The translations under genes were made by a program, and so were the position numbers. Below the pieces are notes generated by a model. It was given only the letters and a program-made list of their open reading frames with translations, was not told where the DNA came from and searched no databases. Of a DNA stretch of 64,000 bases, positions 28,148 to 41,468 are shown in pieces. The DNA comes from Candidatus Pacearchaeota archaeon (GTDB lineage: Archaea; Nanobdellota; Nanobdellia; Pacearchaeales; GW2011-AR1): NCBI GenBank assembly GCA_038869895.1, contig JAWCQE010000001.1, positions 121,879 to 185,878 on the forward strand, given 5' to 3'. Each line of letters opens with the position of its first letter. The stretch's first letter is position 1.

Positions 28148-28170
28148 TATATGGTTACAAAAACCATATA
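28148..28170. promoter_or_regulatory. Second palindrome TATATGGTT-ACAAA-AACCATATA sharing the ATATGG/CCATAT core
   Basis: Perfect 9-bp arms, 28148-28156 and 28162-28170. Confidence 0.5.
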
Positions 28171-28449
28171 CCTATATAAATGTTTCTTTTTATTTATTGA
28201 AAAATCTGTCTTCTTATATAATAGTAACATAATATTTATAAATAACTGGCTAAAAAGAGGGGACTTTAGAATATTTTAGAGAAAAACTTTATAAATGGGT
28301 TTTTCTTGTATCTTTTGTCGTGCCGATGACAAGCTTTGGCTTTTGCTTTAGCTTATAATTGCTCAAGGTAATTGAACAATGAGAAAATAAAATTGCCTTG
28401 GGGATGCCGATACCTAAATTGGTATTGACAAATGATTAAAATAATGAAA

Positions 28450-28454
28450 GGAGG
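28450..28454 (+). promoter_or_regulatory. Shine-Dalgarno GGAGG 6 nt upstream of the S-layer-like gene ATG
   Basis: aaaGGAGGtttaatATG. Confidence 0.5.
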
Positions 28455-28460
28455 TTTAAT

Positions 28461-31115
28461 ATGAAAATTAATTTTAGAAAAGTCGGTTCAGTTATTGCGA
28501 GTGCAGCTATGCTTGGAAGCACAATGGGAATTGCTGTTGCAGCCTCTTATCCTGGTGCGTTTACTGCAGGAGGGGCTGGAGGAGTAGCAATAGTTACAGG
28601 AAGTATTGCAGCTTCAAGTGATTTTGTTGCAGCAACAGAGATAGGTTCAAATTTAAACAGTGCGATTGCTGCAGGTATAATTACTACTGGTGGAAGTGTT
28701 ACAACTAGTGGAGAAACAAAAGCACTTTTTACAGGTTCCTCAAAAATATATATGAATGATAGTATAAGCATAAATAAAGCTACTTTAACGAAAACTGATT
28801 TGCCAACTATTCTTGCAGATGGTGAATTTAATGGAAATGTTGATTCTGAATATACACAAAGAATTATTCTTGGTTCTTATCCAAGAGTTATTTTTGGAAA
28901 AATGCCAACAACTGAGAATGATCCTTTAACAGGAATCAACCTTGGCACAACAGTTACAACACAATATTTATATAATATGACAGTTACATTTGACGAAGCA
29001 GTTAACTTTACCCACTCTGATTCAAAAACAAAAGGGACTGAAATTACTTTATTTGGACAGAAATTTACAGTGGCTGGAGCTACAGATTCTAGTAAATTGG
29101 TATTATTGAAGTCAGCTCAAAAAATTACTTTGGGTCTTGGAGGAAACAATCCTAATCCAGTTCAATCTGTAACAGTTAATGATAGGACGTATACAGTAGA
29201 ACTTACAAATGTTCAAGATGATGAGGCCATAATTAAAGTAACTGATAGTAATGGACAAAGTTCAACAGCAAGAATTAGTGAAGGGGCTTCAAGAAAAGTT
29301 CAAGGATTAGAAGTTGCAGTTAACATAGCTACAGAATCAACTGCATTGAGTAGTGCATGGGCAGATATTATTGTTGGAACCTCAAAAGTTACTCTTCAAG
29401 ATGGAGAGCCTGTGAAAGTAGGTTCTGAGGATAAGATAATTGATGGTACTCAAGTTGATTTTGTTGATACCACATATACTGGGAATATAACTAGACTTGT
29501 TGTCCAAGTTGCAGCACCTGAAAGTGATAAAGATGCGATAACTCCTGCAATGTCATTTGTTGACCCTGTTTTTGGAGGTTTCAAAGTTGATTTTCCTGGA
29601 TTAAATATTGCAAATGAAGATGAAACTGCCAGAGAAATGATTGAAGTCAAGAATTCAGGAAGTGACAAAATGACTGTAAAATTTACAGACTATAATAAAG
29701 GTGAGATAACCTTTAATTGGGTCTATAACAGATCTAATTCACAGGGAGGAATTATGAGATTAGCAGATTCAAACAACAGAAGGATAATTGTTGCTGAAAT
29801 GTCTCCTATAAATAAATCAGAATATGTTATGGTTGGAAATGAAGATGAAGGAGGATTGTACCAAGTTGTAACAATCACAAATTCTTCGGGATTTTCAGAT
29901 GATTCAGTTGAATTAAGAGATGTTATTACAGGAAAAACTGAAAAAGCTTCTATTACTGCTGAAGGTTCTGGAACTATTGTCCTTAATGGAAAGACATATG
30001 AGGTAAGTTATTTTGCACCAAACACTTTAACTGACACAGCAAGAACCATAAGATTAAATTATCCTGACAGTTCAGGCAATAGTGTAATCTTATATCCTAC
30101 AATTGAAACGTCAAAAGGAGCAAAAATTGCTTTCTATGAACCATTAACTATAGATCTGATGACTCAACATGCTGGAGGCAATTTATCTGGACATAATATA
30201 AAATTTCCAGATGGAGATGGTTATACTGACGCCGCAGTTGTTATTGTAAATACAACTACTGGAATGGTGACTATAGATGGGAACAATCTTAATACAGGTG
30301 CTTCAGATGGAGCAAGTTCTACAACTAAAACTGTCGGAAGATTAACTTACAATTTCACAAGTACAGGTGTTGGTAACAATACGAAGGTCTATCTTCAAGC
30401 AATTCCAGGAGTAAATATTGTAAGGCCTGCAATAATCCTTTTTGAAGAAAAAGATGACCAAAATAATTACGAGGCTGTAGTTATTACATTAGATTCAGGT
30501 TATGACGGAGATAGTGCAGGAATCGGAGTCCAAAATGTTATAAGAACATGGGGGCTTGATGGTTCTAATGGAGATTCAGATGCATGGAATGATGTAAGAC
30601 TTGAAAGCAATGATGACTTGTATCAAGACATGGATAGATGGGGAACAATAATCACTGCTGATAAATCTGATAGTGATCAAACAAGGGCTGTAATAAGCTA
30701 CCCAGATGAACAAGTATATGCACAAGTCTATGTATCTTCATCAAATGCAGTCGTGTCTTCAGGAAATGGAGGAGCAGGAACCGTAATGGTTGTGAGAGAT
30801 AATGAAGTTGACAACATTGCAAACAAGAATCTGATTGTTGTTGGGGGTAGCTGTGTAAATACATTAGCTGCTGAATTGCTTGGAAGTTCAAATCCTTTAT
30901 GTGGAAGGGATTTCACTGCAAGAACAAATGTCGGTGTTGGAGAATACCTAATTGAAACTTTCTCACGAACTGACGGAAAAATTGCTACCTTAGTCGCAGG
31001 ATATGAAGCTGATGATACAAGGGCTGCAGCAAGGTCTTTGGTAACAAATAATCCAGAGATTGCTTCTGGTGTCAAGTATAAAGGTTCGACTTCAGGCTCA
31101 TTCACAAGAGCGTAA
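28461..31115 (+). CDS. Large secreted surface protein, putative S-layer or major cell-surface protein
   Basis: Sec signal peptide MKINFRKVGSVIASAAMLGSTMGIAVAAS. 884 aa, Thr/Ser/Gly/Asn/Val-rich with almost no Cys, and many N-x-S/T sequons. Strong SD upstream and a T-rich tract downstream. Confidence 0.6.
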   Translation: MKINFRKVGSVIASAAMLGSTMGIAVAASYPGAFTAGGAGGVAIVTGSIAASSDFVAATEIGSNLNSAIAAGIITTGGSVTTSGETKALFTGSSKIYMNDSISINKATLTKTDLPTILADGEFNGNVDSEYTQRIILGSYPRVIFGKMPTTENDPLTGINLGTTVTTQYLYNMTVTFDEAVNFTHSDSKTKGTEITLFGQKFTVAGATDSSKLVLLKSAQKITLGLGGNNPNPVQSVTVNDRTYTVELTNVQDDEAIIKVTDSNGQSSTARISEGASRKVQGLEVAVNIATESTALSSAWADIIVGTSKVTLQDGEPVKVGSEDKIIDGTQVDFVDTTYTGNITRLVVQVAAPESDKDAITPAMSFVDPVFGGFKVDFPGLNIANEDETAREMIEVKNSGSDKMTVKFTDYNKGEITFNWVYNRSNSQGGIMRLADSNNRRIIVAEMSPINKSEYVMVGNEDEGGLYQVVTITNSSGFSDDSVELRDVITGKTEKASITAEGSGTIVLNGKTYEVSYFAPNTLTDTARTIRLNYPDSSGNSVILYPTIETSKGAKIAFYEPLTIDLMTQHAGGNLSGHNIKFPDGDGYTDAAVVIVNTTTGMVTIDGNNLNTGASDGASSTTKTVGRLTYNFTSTGVGNNTKVYLQAIPGVNIVRPAIILFEEKDDQNNYEAVVITLDSGYDGDSAGIGVQNVIRTWGLDGSNGDSDAWNDVRLESNDDLYQDMDRWGTIITADKSDSDQTRAVISYPDEQVYAQVYVSSSNAVVSSGNGGAGTVMVVRDNEVDNIANKNLIVVGGSCVNTLAAELLGSSNPLCGRDFTARTNVGVGEYLIETFSRTDGKIATLVAGYEADDTRAAARSLVTNNPEIASGVKYKGSTSGSFTRA

Positions 31116-31118
31116 AAA

Positions 31119-31150
31119 CAATTTATTTTTACTTTTTCTTTTATTTTTTA
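31119..31150 (+). terminator. T-rich tract after the S-layer-like gene (archaeal oligo-T termination signal)
   Basis: aaaaacaatttatttttactttttcttttatttttt immediately after the stop. Confidence 0.3.
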
Positions 31151-31240
31151 TTTATAAAATAATTATATATTAATTAAATTATAAAAAGTCAATAAACTAA
31201 TGTATCGTTCATTTAAAAAATAAAACTTGTTAAGAGATTA

Positions 31241-31885
31241 TTGAATAATTTTATTAATAAACTTTTTAAACAAGATTTGATATTTTATAAAATGAGAAGA
31301 ATTGAGACAAAAGAAGATGCTGAAAAGAGGAAGAGAAGAAACCAGATAATTATTGCATTTGTTTTTATTAGTATTCTTACAAGTAGCACTATAGGATTTG
31401 TTTTTGTATTTAAAAATCCAGAATTTGATTCAAGTGAAAATAAGGAAAGTATAGATTATAATGGAATTAATTTTGTAAGAAACCAGCGAGGATATTGGCA
31501 ATTTAATTCTCACAATAGTACCTTTTTTACTTTATTTAATCCAAAAGAAACAGAAAATATTTCTTTTGAAGGAGAGGTAAATGTTAACGATTTTGTTAAT
31601 AAACCTCTTTATTATTCATCTGGAAATATGACTGCAGCACTTTCAGAACTAATGAGAAACATTGGAAGTTTCTCACTTAGGTATCAAGAAGTATGTGTTG
31701 AGAATTATGAATGTAAGAATGAAGGACTGCCTATAAAAGACTGTTCAAATGATATTATTATATTAAAATTATCAGATGAAATAAAAGCTTATAAACAGGA
31801 AAAATGTATTTTCCTTGAAGGAACTGAGGAAGAATTAATTTTGCTTGCAGATAAATTAATCTATAAATCTTTAGGTATTCAATAA
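31241..31885 (+). CDS. Hypothetical membrane-anchored secreted protein (tandem paralog 1)
   Basis: N-terminal Lys/Arg-rich region then TM (IIIAFVFISILTSSTIGFVFVF). Weak similarity to the next ORF (GEVNVNDFVNKPLYYSS versus GEVDFVIGKPIYLSLN). Confidence 0.4.
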   Translation: MNNFINKLFKQDLIFYKMRRIETKEDAEKRKRRNQIIIAFVFISILTSSTIGFVFVFKNPEFDSSENKESIDYNGINFVRNQRGYWQFNSHNSTFFTLFNPKETENISFEGEVNVNDFVNKPLYYSSGNMTAALSELMRNIGSFSLRYQEVCVENYECKNEGLPIKDCSNDIIILKLSDEIKAYKQEKCIFLEGTEEELILLADKLIYKSLGIQ

Positions 31886-32562
31886 TGAAAGAACAAAAAG
31901 AGATTAAAAAGGAATCTTTAGAAAATAGAACAAAGGAAGAAGATAAAGACTCTTATCAGGAAGTAGGAGTTAAATGGCTCTTTATAATCCTTGCGTTTTT
32001 AGTTACTTCATTGATTATTGTTGGATGGATTTTATCAGAATCAAAGAAATCTGATTATATTGGACTGACTTTTAAAAAAGAGAATTTTGGTGAAATTCCA
32101 ATTTATACAACTTCTCTTACAGGATATGGTGTTAATGGAAAACCAATTGATTTTAAATTAATATTGAGAAATAATCCTAAAGAATCAAAAATACCAGTAA
32201 TTGGAGAAGTTGATTTTGTAATTGGTAAACCCATATATCTTTCTCTTAACATGGAAGGAGAATTATACAAATGTGGTTCTACTCCTTTAGTTGCCTTTGG
32301 CCAGTTTATGGATGCAATGGGTTTTAATATACAAACTGGAATAAGCACAGAAGATAAGGCAAATGAATTTCAAAGAGAATATATAACATGCCTTAATACT
32401 CCAGATGCTACGGTTTTATATCTTACTGAAGGCAATGAAAGTAAAATAGAAAGAGTTGACGATAAGTGCTATGTTTTAAGTGTAAATAATTGCGAACTTA
32501 CAGAAGTTCTTGAGAGGTTTGAGATAGCAACACTTTCAACATTAACAGGAAAATCGCTTTAA
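31885..32562 (+). CDS. Hypothetical membrane-anchored secreted protein (tandem paralog 2)
   Basis: TM helix WLFIILAFLVTSLIIVGWIL. It starts at the stop of the upstream paralog. Confidence 0.4.
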   Translation: MKEQKEIKKESLENRTKEEDKDSYQEVGVKWLFIILAFLVTSLIIVGWILSESKKSDYIGLTFKKENFGEIPIYTTSLTGYGVNGKPIDFKLILRNNPKESKIPVIGEVDFVIGKPIYLSLNMEGELYKCGSTPLVAFGQFMDAMGFNIQTGISTEDKANEFQREYITCLNTPDATVLYLTEGNESKIERVDDKCYVLSVNNCELTEVLERFEIATLSTLTGKSL

Positions 32563-32679
32563 AAATTAATTACAAAAATCATTGGAGTTTTTTATTAATG
32601 AGAATTTGATTGCTGAAACAAGTGAAATAAAAATAATCTCCCAGATTATTTTTCACAAAATTAATGAGAAATTTTCTTA

Positions 32680-33219
32680 TCATTTATTTTTTATATATTT
32701 CATAAAATAATTTACATCAGAATAAATAGGAATTTCCTTTATTTCAAAAATATAAATTGCTGAAAACCATATTATGACAACAAAAATCGTGCTTAATCCA
32801 TACCAAAAAAATTTATGTGTTATATCAAAGAATTGATAATTCGATAAAAAGAGGGATGAAAGGACAATAATTCTTATAATGTTAAATCCAAGAAAAACTG
32901 CGAATAGATAAATAAGTGAGTAAAGTCTTTTTTTATTTTCCATAGGTGTTGAGAGGTTTAGAATTAAAATAAGATAATATGCAGAGCCCGCGATACATGA
33001 TTCTATTAAGTTAATTGTTACGTTGTCTACAATTATACTTATTCCAGAAATATTTGTTGAGTAAAATAATTTTAATACATAAAAAACTGGATAAATTGTA
33101 AGAGGAGTTAACACTTTGTAGATTATCCAAAGATTTCCAATCCCAATAACAGCAAGAAAAATATATCTAAAGAGAATATTATAATAATTATAATTATTTG
33201 GCACCTTTCTTTTTTTCAT
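32680..33219 (-). CDS. Small exosortase/archaeosortase-family protein (putative archaeosortase)
   Basis: Polytopic membrane protein. A conserved Cys in IESCIAGSAYY is followed about 45 aa later by the N-x-x-R motif GFNIIRII, matching the Cys/Asn/Arg catalytic residues of exosortase-family transpeptidases. 179 aa. Confidence 0.5.
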   Translation of the reverse strand: MKKRKVPNNYNYYNILFRYIFLAVIGIGNLWIIYKVLTPLTIYPVFYVLKLFYSTNISGISIIVDNVTINLIESCIAGSAYYLILILNLSTPMENKKRLYSLIYLFAVFLGFNIIRIIVLSSLFLSNYQFFDITHKFFWYGLSTIFVVIIWFSAIYIFEIKEIPIYSDVNYFMKYIKNK

Positions 33220-33259
33220 TTAATACTATATTAAGATTAACTAGTTTAAAAACCTTATA

Positions 33260-34897
33260 TTATCTTTTTGCTATCCTTATGGCAACGATAATTATTAATA
33301 TTATTAATACAACATTAATAATAGCTATTAGCCAGATAATCCAATTTTCCCTTATATTGTTGGCAATTGAACTTCCTGTGAGTCCTTTTATTCCACTCCA
33401 ACCAACTTTTGGCTGAATGTTTGGAACACTTATTTTTTTTTCAGTTACTCTTCCATTGTGAGATACTTGGAGTGTAAAATCGTTATTTCCTGAGACGTCG
33501 CTATTTGGAGTTAAGGAAATTACAACCTCTCTTGAACTTCCTGCATCCAATGTTATTGTTCTTGGCTCAATTGAATTTAATGATGCCCATGTATCGTAAT
33601 TTAGGGCTGAAATTTGATATAATGTCTGTTCAGTTCCTGTGTTTGTTATTGTTGTTTTTATTATAAGATTTTGTCCTGCTACAGCACCAGACTCAAGTCT
33701 TGCTGAAATCCCCACAGAACTCTGTGAAGTTGTTGTAGTGGATCCCTGGCAATTTCCTTTGATTGTGAGAGGAATTGTAAATATTGATTCTTTTTCATCA
33801 GCATCTTCAAAATAATTTCCGTCTTCGTCATAAACCTCAAATCTCAAATTATATGTGCCTTCCCTAATATTTTTTGGAATTTCAAGAAGGAATGAAGTTC
33901 TTTTATCATCTAATGAATCTATATCCCCAAGTTCAATTATTTTCTGAAATCCAAATTCATTTACACTAACTTTTAATTCTACATCATCTTGGTTATCACT
34001 TCCAATATTCCAAAATGTTGCAGCAGTTACATCTACACTTGAACCACATTGCAAAGTTTCTGGCAGACTTAATTTATTGAAGTCCAAAATTATGAAATCT
34101 TCATCTATAAGTTCTGCTTCTTTTGTTTCATAAGCACATTGGACGTTTTCTCCAACATCATCACTAAATGCTTTTACAATGAGCATTAAGTTATCTCCTA
34201 AATCATCTTCACTGAAATCGTCAGGGTCTAGTTTAATTTTGATTGTTAGAATTTTGTTTTTTCCGTCGCTTAAATCAAATTCTTCTTCATCATTTTCATC
34301 AATTATTTTCCCTGTATTTTTATTAATAAGCATCCATTCAACAATTATGTCCCTTATTTTTTCATCATCTCTATTATCAACTTTAACTTCAAGTTCAATT
34401 TCATCTAATAAATACCATTCATCATCTTTTCCGTGTCCATTGTTATTTATGTGAAGTCTTACTCTTAAATCCCCCACATTGCCAACACTACAGAAAGTAT
34501 TTGTAAATGATACTGAAACATTTATTTTTTTTGTATTATTTGGACTTGCAACTTCCACAGCTTCAATTTCAATATTTTTTGTCTGTTGGATAAATGAAAA
34601 TCCATCCTCAATATTTAATACTGAAATTTTAAATCTTGCTGTTTTGACGTCTGTTATTGATGTTTCATTTATTATGGAAAGAGTAGCTTTTTTATCATTA
34701 TTATCTGTTATTTGCACTGATGAAGGGAAATTAAAATTTACAGACACATTATTTGTCACTGAAATTGTAAAAGTAGTAGTTGATGATTTGCTTACTATAG
34801 GTGATGGAGTTGTAGAACTTAAAACAGGTTCTACTGCGGATACAAATGAAATTATAAAAATGCTTGCCAAAAAAATTGATAGTACTTTTGATTTCAT
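33260..34897 (-). CDS. Secreted multi-domain surface protein with a C-terminal TM plus basic-tail sorting signal; probable archaeosortase substrate
   Basis: N-terminal signal MKSKVLSIFLASIFIISFVSA. Thr/Ser/Asn-rich beta-rich body. The C-terminus ...GSSIANNIRENWIIWLIAIINVVLIILIIIVAIRIAKR is a hydrophobic helix plus RIAKR, a tripartite C-terminal sorting-signal architecture. Confidence 0.55.
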   Translation of the reverse strand: MKSKVLSIFLASIFIISFVSAVEPVLSSTTPSPIVSKSSTTTFTISVTNNVSVNFNFPSSVQITDNNDKKATLSIINETSITDVKTARFKISVLNIEDGFSFIQQTKNIEIEAVEVASPNNTKKINVSVSFTNTFCSVGNVGDLRVRLHINNNGHGKDDEWYLLDEIELEVKVDNRDDEKIRDIIVEWMLINKNTGKIIDENDEEEFDLSDGKNKILTIKIKLDPDDFSEDDLGDNLMLIVKAFSDDVGENVQCAYETKEAELIDEDFIILDFNKLSLPETLQCGSSVDVTAATFWNIGSDNQDDVELKVSVNEFGFQKIIELGDIDSLDDKRTSFLLEIPKNIREGTYNLRFEVYDEDGNYFEDADEKESIFTIPLTIKGNCQGSTTTTSQSSVGISARLESGAVAGQNLIIKTTITNTGTEQTLYQISALNYDTWASLNSIEPRTITLDAGSSREVVISLTPNSDVSGNNDFTLQVSHNGRVTEKKISVPNIQPKVGWSGIKGLTGSSIANNIRENWIIWLIAIINVVLIILIIIVAIRIAKR

Positions 34898-35137
34898 TTT
34901 GTTGTAATTTTATAATTACACCTATTTATAAATGTTTCGATTTTTATAAACTCTATTGAAATTAAACTCAAATTTATCGATGATAAATTAAGACTTGTGT
35001 TTTTTGTGAAAAATTGAAAAATTTTGAATTAAAGTTTTACAGACAGACTAAACATAACTTTAATATAGTTTTGTTTTAAAAGAAATTTAATATTTTTAGA
35101 TAGTAAGATTTATAATATTAGCAGATTTAGATATTTT

Positions 35138-35506
35138 GTGAAATCAAAAGAGAATTTATTTGGTGCTTATGTTCTCCTTTCGGGAGTTATTATAGCGCTT
35201 GTTTTAGGTTTTTTTCAGGCAAGTATTCTTTCAGGATATAAGCCATGGATATATTTGCTTCTTGCTATTTTAGGAATTATTGTTGGAGCTGCGAGCGTTC
35301 GTGCGGATTCAAGAGAAGCAACAACTTTTCTATTAGCTTCGATTTCAATAGTTATTGTAAGTTCAATAGGACAGGTTAATTTAATCTTAGTTGGGAATAT
35401 TGGTGTAAAAATAGTTGTTATCCTTAATGCATTATTAACAATGTTTATTCCTGCAACTATTGTTGTTGCATTAAAAACAGTTTTTTCTGTAGCAAGTGTA
35501 AAATGA
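35138..35506 (+). CDS. Hypothetical small polytopic membrane protein
   Basis: 122 aa with 3-4 predicted TM helices. Confidence 0.35.
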   Translation: MKSKENLFGAYVLLSGVIIALVLGFFQASILSGYKPWIYLLLAILGIIVGAASVRADSREATTFLLASISIVIVSSIGQVNLILVGNIGVKIVVILNALLTMFIPATIVVALKTVFSVASVK

Positions 35507-35641
35507 CAAAGATACTAAGGTTTCTTTGTTGAATCTTTCTATTTTTAACTATCATTTTTTATTTTAAAATATAAAATTTGATATTTATCTCATAATTTTA
35601 TATAATATCTCTTTTAATTTTAAGATAGAATTCTTTCTTAA

Positions 35642-36019
35642 TTAGTTATTTCGTGGAGAATCTTGGATAAATCCACTAGATGTATTAATTTCCGCGAATT
35701 GTGGGGTAGCAATTATTATATTTTCTCCAAATCCCGTAATGTTTCCTTCAAGAGCTTCTGTCGTTTTTTTTAACTTTGCAACAGCTCTTTTAAGTTCAAT
35801 TACATCTTTTTTCCTTAATGCTTGAATATCTATAACAGCGATTGTATATCCTTCTCTTAGAGAATTTAATACTTCATTAATGTCTTCAAATTTTCTAAGA
35901 ACAAAAGGCCTTACACTTACTTTAGATCTTTTCTCTTCATTTCCAATGTCAATTTCAACATAATCTTCATCTGATGAACTATCTCCTCCAACCAATTTTT
36001 TTAATTTATTTAAGACCAT
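35642..36019 (-). CDS. sepF: SepF-like (DUF552) cell-division protein
   Basis: ...VSVRPFVLRKFEDINEVLNSLREGYTIAVIDIQALRKKDVIELKRAVAKL...GENIIIATPQFAEI fits the SepF fold pattern. FtsZ is present in the window. Confidence 0.55.
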   Translation of the reverse strand: MVLNKLKKLVGGDSSSDEDYVEIDIGNEEKRSKVSVRPFVLRKFEDINEVLNSLREGYTIAVIDIQALRKKDVIELKRAVAKLKKTTEALEGNITGFGENIIIATPQFAEINTSSGFIQDSPRNN

Positions 36020-36063
36020 AGAAAATTTAATTTGAATGAGTTTATAAAGATTTCTGTATTATA

Positions 36064-36393
36064 TCATTTAAGTTTGTTCATAATTTCTGCTCTTAGTCTT
36101 TCTATCTCTTCCTTCATTTCAAGTTCTTGTTTCTCAACAGATTTAACCTTTAAATCAAGGATTTTCTTTTTTTCACCAAGTTCTTTATTTAATGACGCCT
36201 TATCTGATTTTACCATTATCTGTCCAATAACTCTAAATACATCAGATTTTGTTTTTCCTATTTCGTTTATGGCTGTAAGAATTTCATTTATTTCTATTTG
36301 AAATGTCTGCTTCTGAAGAATAATATTCTGAAAATTTTGTTCCAATATTTGTAGGCTTTGTATTTTTTTTCCAGTTTCTTGATCAACTTCCAT
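36064..36393 (-). CDS. pfdB: Prefoldin beta subunit
   Basis: 109-aa coiled-coil protein. ...LQILEQNFQNIILQKQTFQIEINEI...GQIMVKSDKASLNKELGEKKKILDLKVKSVEKQELEMKEEIERLR is typical of PfdB. It clusters with rpl37ae and rpoP as in many archaea. Confidence 0.75.
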   Translation of the reverse strand: MEVDQETGKKIQSLQILEQNFQNIILQKQTFQIEINEILTAINEIGKTKSDVFRVIGQIMVKSDKASLNKELGEKKKILDLKVKSVEKQELEMKEEIERLRAEIMNKLK

Positions 36394-36421
36394 TTTATTG
36401 ATATAATCTTTTATATTTTAT

Positions 36422-36559
36422 TTAAATCGCTTTTATTTTTGTAATTGATAATCTTGGTTTATAAAAAATTCTTGAATTACAAAATGGACAAGTGAATCTT
36501 TTGTCAAGTTTTTTATATGAAATTGATTTTCCACATTTGAAACATTTATATTCTACCAT
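36422..36559 (-). CDS. rpoP: DNA-directed RNA polymerase subunit P (Rpo12/RpoP); not in the supplied ORF track
   Basis: Manual translation gives MVEYKCFKCGKSISYKKLDKRFTCPFCNSRIFYKPRLSITKIKAI, a C4 zinc ribbon (YKCxKCGK...CPFCxSRI). It lies between rpl37ae and pfdB. Confidence 0.7.
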   Translation of the reverse strand: MVEYKCFKCGKSISYKKLDKRFTCPFCNSRIFYKPRLSITKIKAI

Positions 36560-36591
36560 TTGTTTTATAGAACTTATTTAGTATTTAAATT

Positions 36592-36804
36592 TTATTCTAA
36601 ATAATAAGCTCCTCCGGCGAATGTTTTTCCGCATTTTTTACATTTCCATATCCCAAACGATTTTCTCTTTGCTGTTTTTTTACAGAATGGACAAATTTGT
36701 TTTTTCCTTTGTTTTGATTCAACCAAAATAAGTCTTTCTCTAACTCTTGTTCCATACCCTATTTTATATTTTCCAGATGCCTTTACTTTTTTTGTTCTAG
36801 ACAT
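36592..36804 (-). CDS. rpl37ae: 50S ribosomal protein L37Ae (L43e)
   Basis: MSRTKKVKASGKYKIGYGTRVRERL...CPFCKKTAKRKSFGIWKCKKCGKTFAGGAY has the zinc-ribbon L37ae signature. Confidence 0.85.
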   Translation of the reverse strand: MSRTKKVKASGKYKIGYGTRVRERLILVESKQRKKQICPFCKKTAKRKSFGIWKCKKCGKTFAGGAYYLE

Positions 36805-37149
36805 TTTGTATTTATATTAAGGAAAAACCACATTTTTAAATTTATGGTTATCTCGGCTCTGAATAAATCTCATTTAAGTGTTACAAAGTAAAAAGAATAT
36901 TATAAATTATATTTAGGTATAATACTTATTTTAACAAAACTGAACAAATAAATTAAAAATATTTTAAGTAACCTGCCATTTTTTAATTAAGGATATAATT
37001 ATAGAAAAAAATTTGTAAAATTCCATAATTAAAATTAAGTGATTGTTAATTATTTATTATTTATGATGGCTGTTGTATGATTTTCTTTTTTTTAATACAA
37101 GAAAATTTACTTTGAGAGTTAACTCTTTTCTATAAATAATTTTAAAACA

Positions 37150-40050
<2,901 letters not shown>

Positions 40051-41116
40051 TTGCTAAATATTATCCTAGTTTTGAAACATAGGTGTTCTTTTGCTCCACT
40101 CCCCCCAATTTACATGAAAAAGAGGTTCATATAATTTTTACGATGATAAATCAGAATTAATTTTCCATAAACAAAGATTTCTCTATGTTTATAGCATTAA
40201 ATATTAATTGACTGATTACCATCTAATAATCTTGAGATAAATCAAGTTTTTAAATGTTTTTGTTAATTTTGGTTTTGTAAAATAAGATATAAATAGTTTA
40301 ATTTTTTAAATAAAATTTAGTTTAAAGAAAATTTAATCTATCTGCTTTTGGGCAATTCATTTTAACTTAAACAAAATTTATAAGTCAGCTCCTACCTTTT
40401 TTCTATATACTCTTACTAAAATATGAGATTTTTTATCTGGTTTGTAAAATAATTTGGTTCTTGGTTTTACATTCTGTGCAAGTCATCTTTTCATACTACC
40501 TTTTGTTTTCTTTCATATCCAATTTAATCAAAATGCTTTTTACAAAATTACTTAATTTACAAAGCCGTTATTTTATATCGAAAATTTTTTTAACACTAAA
40601 TAATAGATTTATCAAAGATTTAATTACGAATAAGATAAATAATATTTACTTTTCTTTAATAAATAAACTTAACTATTTTTATATTCTATAATTCATTTGG
40701 TATTTAATAAAACCTTAAAGTGAATTTTGAATATGAAAAATTTAATCATTGTTATTTTTCATTGATAAATTAAATTATTGCCTTTTTAGAAAAATAAGAG
40801 AACTTTAAAATAAAATAATCAATATATTTATGTGCATTTTGTAGATATTTTTAGTAAGAAATTTAGAAAATATATATTAGAAATTTAAATGACTAAAAGT
40901 TATTTTTACTATAATAAACAAAATTACATAGATTATTTATTATAAATATAAATATTTTTTTAAAAAAATAAAATCTGAAATTGCAAGACAAATTGGACTA
41001 TATAAAAAAATGCGAAGTAAATTTACGTTCTGGATTTTTTTTAGAAATTCTTTATTTTAATTTAATGATTTTAGTAATTTTAACTATTTCTATTTTAATT
41101 ATATTTCTTCCATTCT

Positions 41117-41198
41117 ACGCCGACGCCCGGAATCGAACCGGGGGGCCCCGTAGGGCACTGGTCTCAAGCCAGTTGCAATACCACTATGCGACGTCGGC
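41117..41198 (-). tRNA. tRNA-Ser (anticodon TGA), class II with a long variable arm
   Basis: Manual fold of the reverse complement. Acceptor GCCGACG/CGTCGGC, anticodon stem ACTGG/CCAGT with loop CTTGAGA, 14-nt variable arm, T arm CCCGG-TTCGATT-CCGGG, discriminator G. Confidence 0.8.
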
Positions 41199-41468
41199 TT
41201 TATTTAATTCAACGACGCATAGTAAGGATTTTTATCCGTCCTATGCGATGTCCACTTCTATTTCTTAAAAAATATTTGTTAGTTTTTAAATATTAGGTTA
41301 ATTTTAACTAATTACTTATTTTTAGATTAATAATTTTTCTTAAAAATCGCTTTCCTATTAACTATTGTCTTCAATCTATTCAAATATATTGGTGAAAAAA
41401 TTTTCTTTACTCATTCCAAGTGTAACTAAAGAGATTTGTGTCTTTACTTAGTTTAGCAAAATAAAATA

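Noticed and set aside
28400-28460. Bacterial-looking TTGACA ... TAAAAT arrangement upstream of the S-layer-like gene
   Set aside because: The organism is archaeal and uses BRE/TATA promoters. The resemblance to sigma70 -35/-10 is most likely coincidental in AT-rich DNA.
40100-41100. A 16S rRNA or 5S rRNA gene next to the 23S
   Set aside because: The region was read on both strands. It is AT-rich with no conserved SSU or 5S elements.
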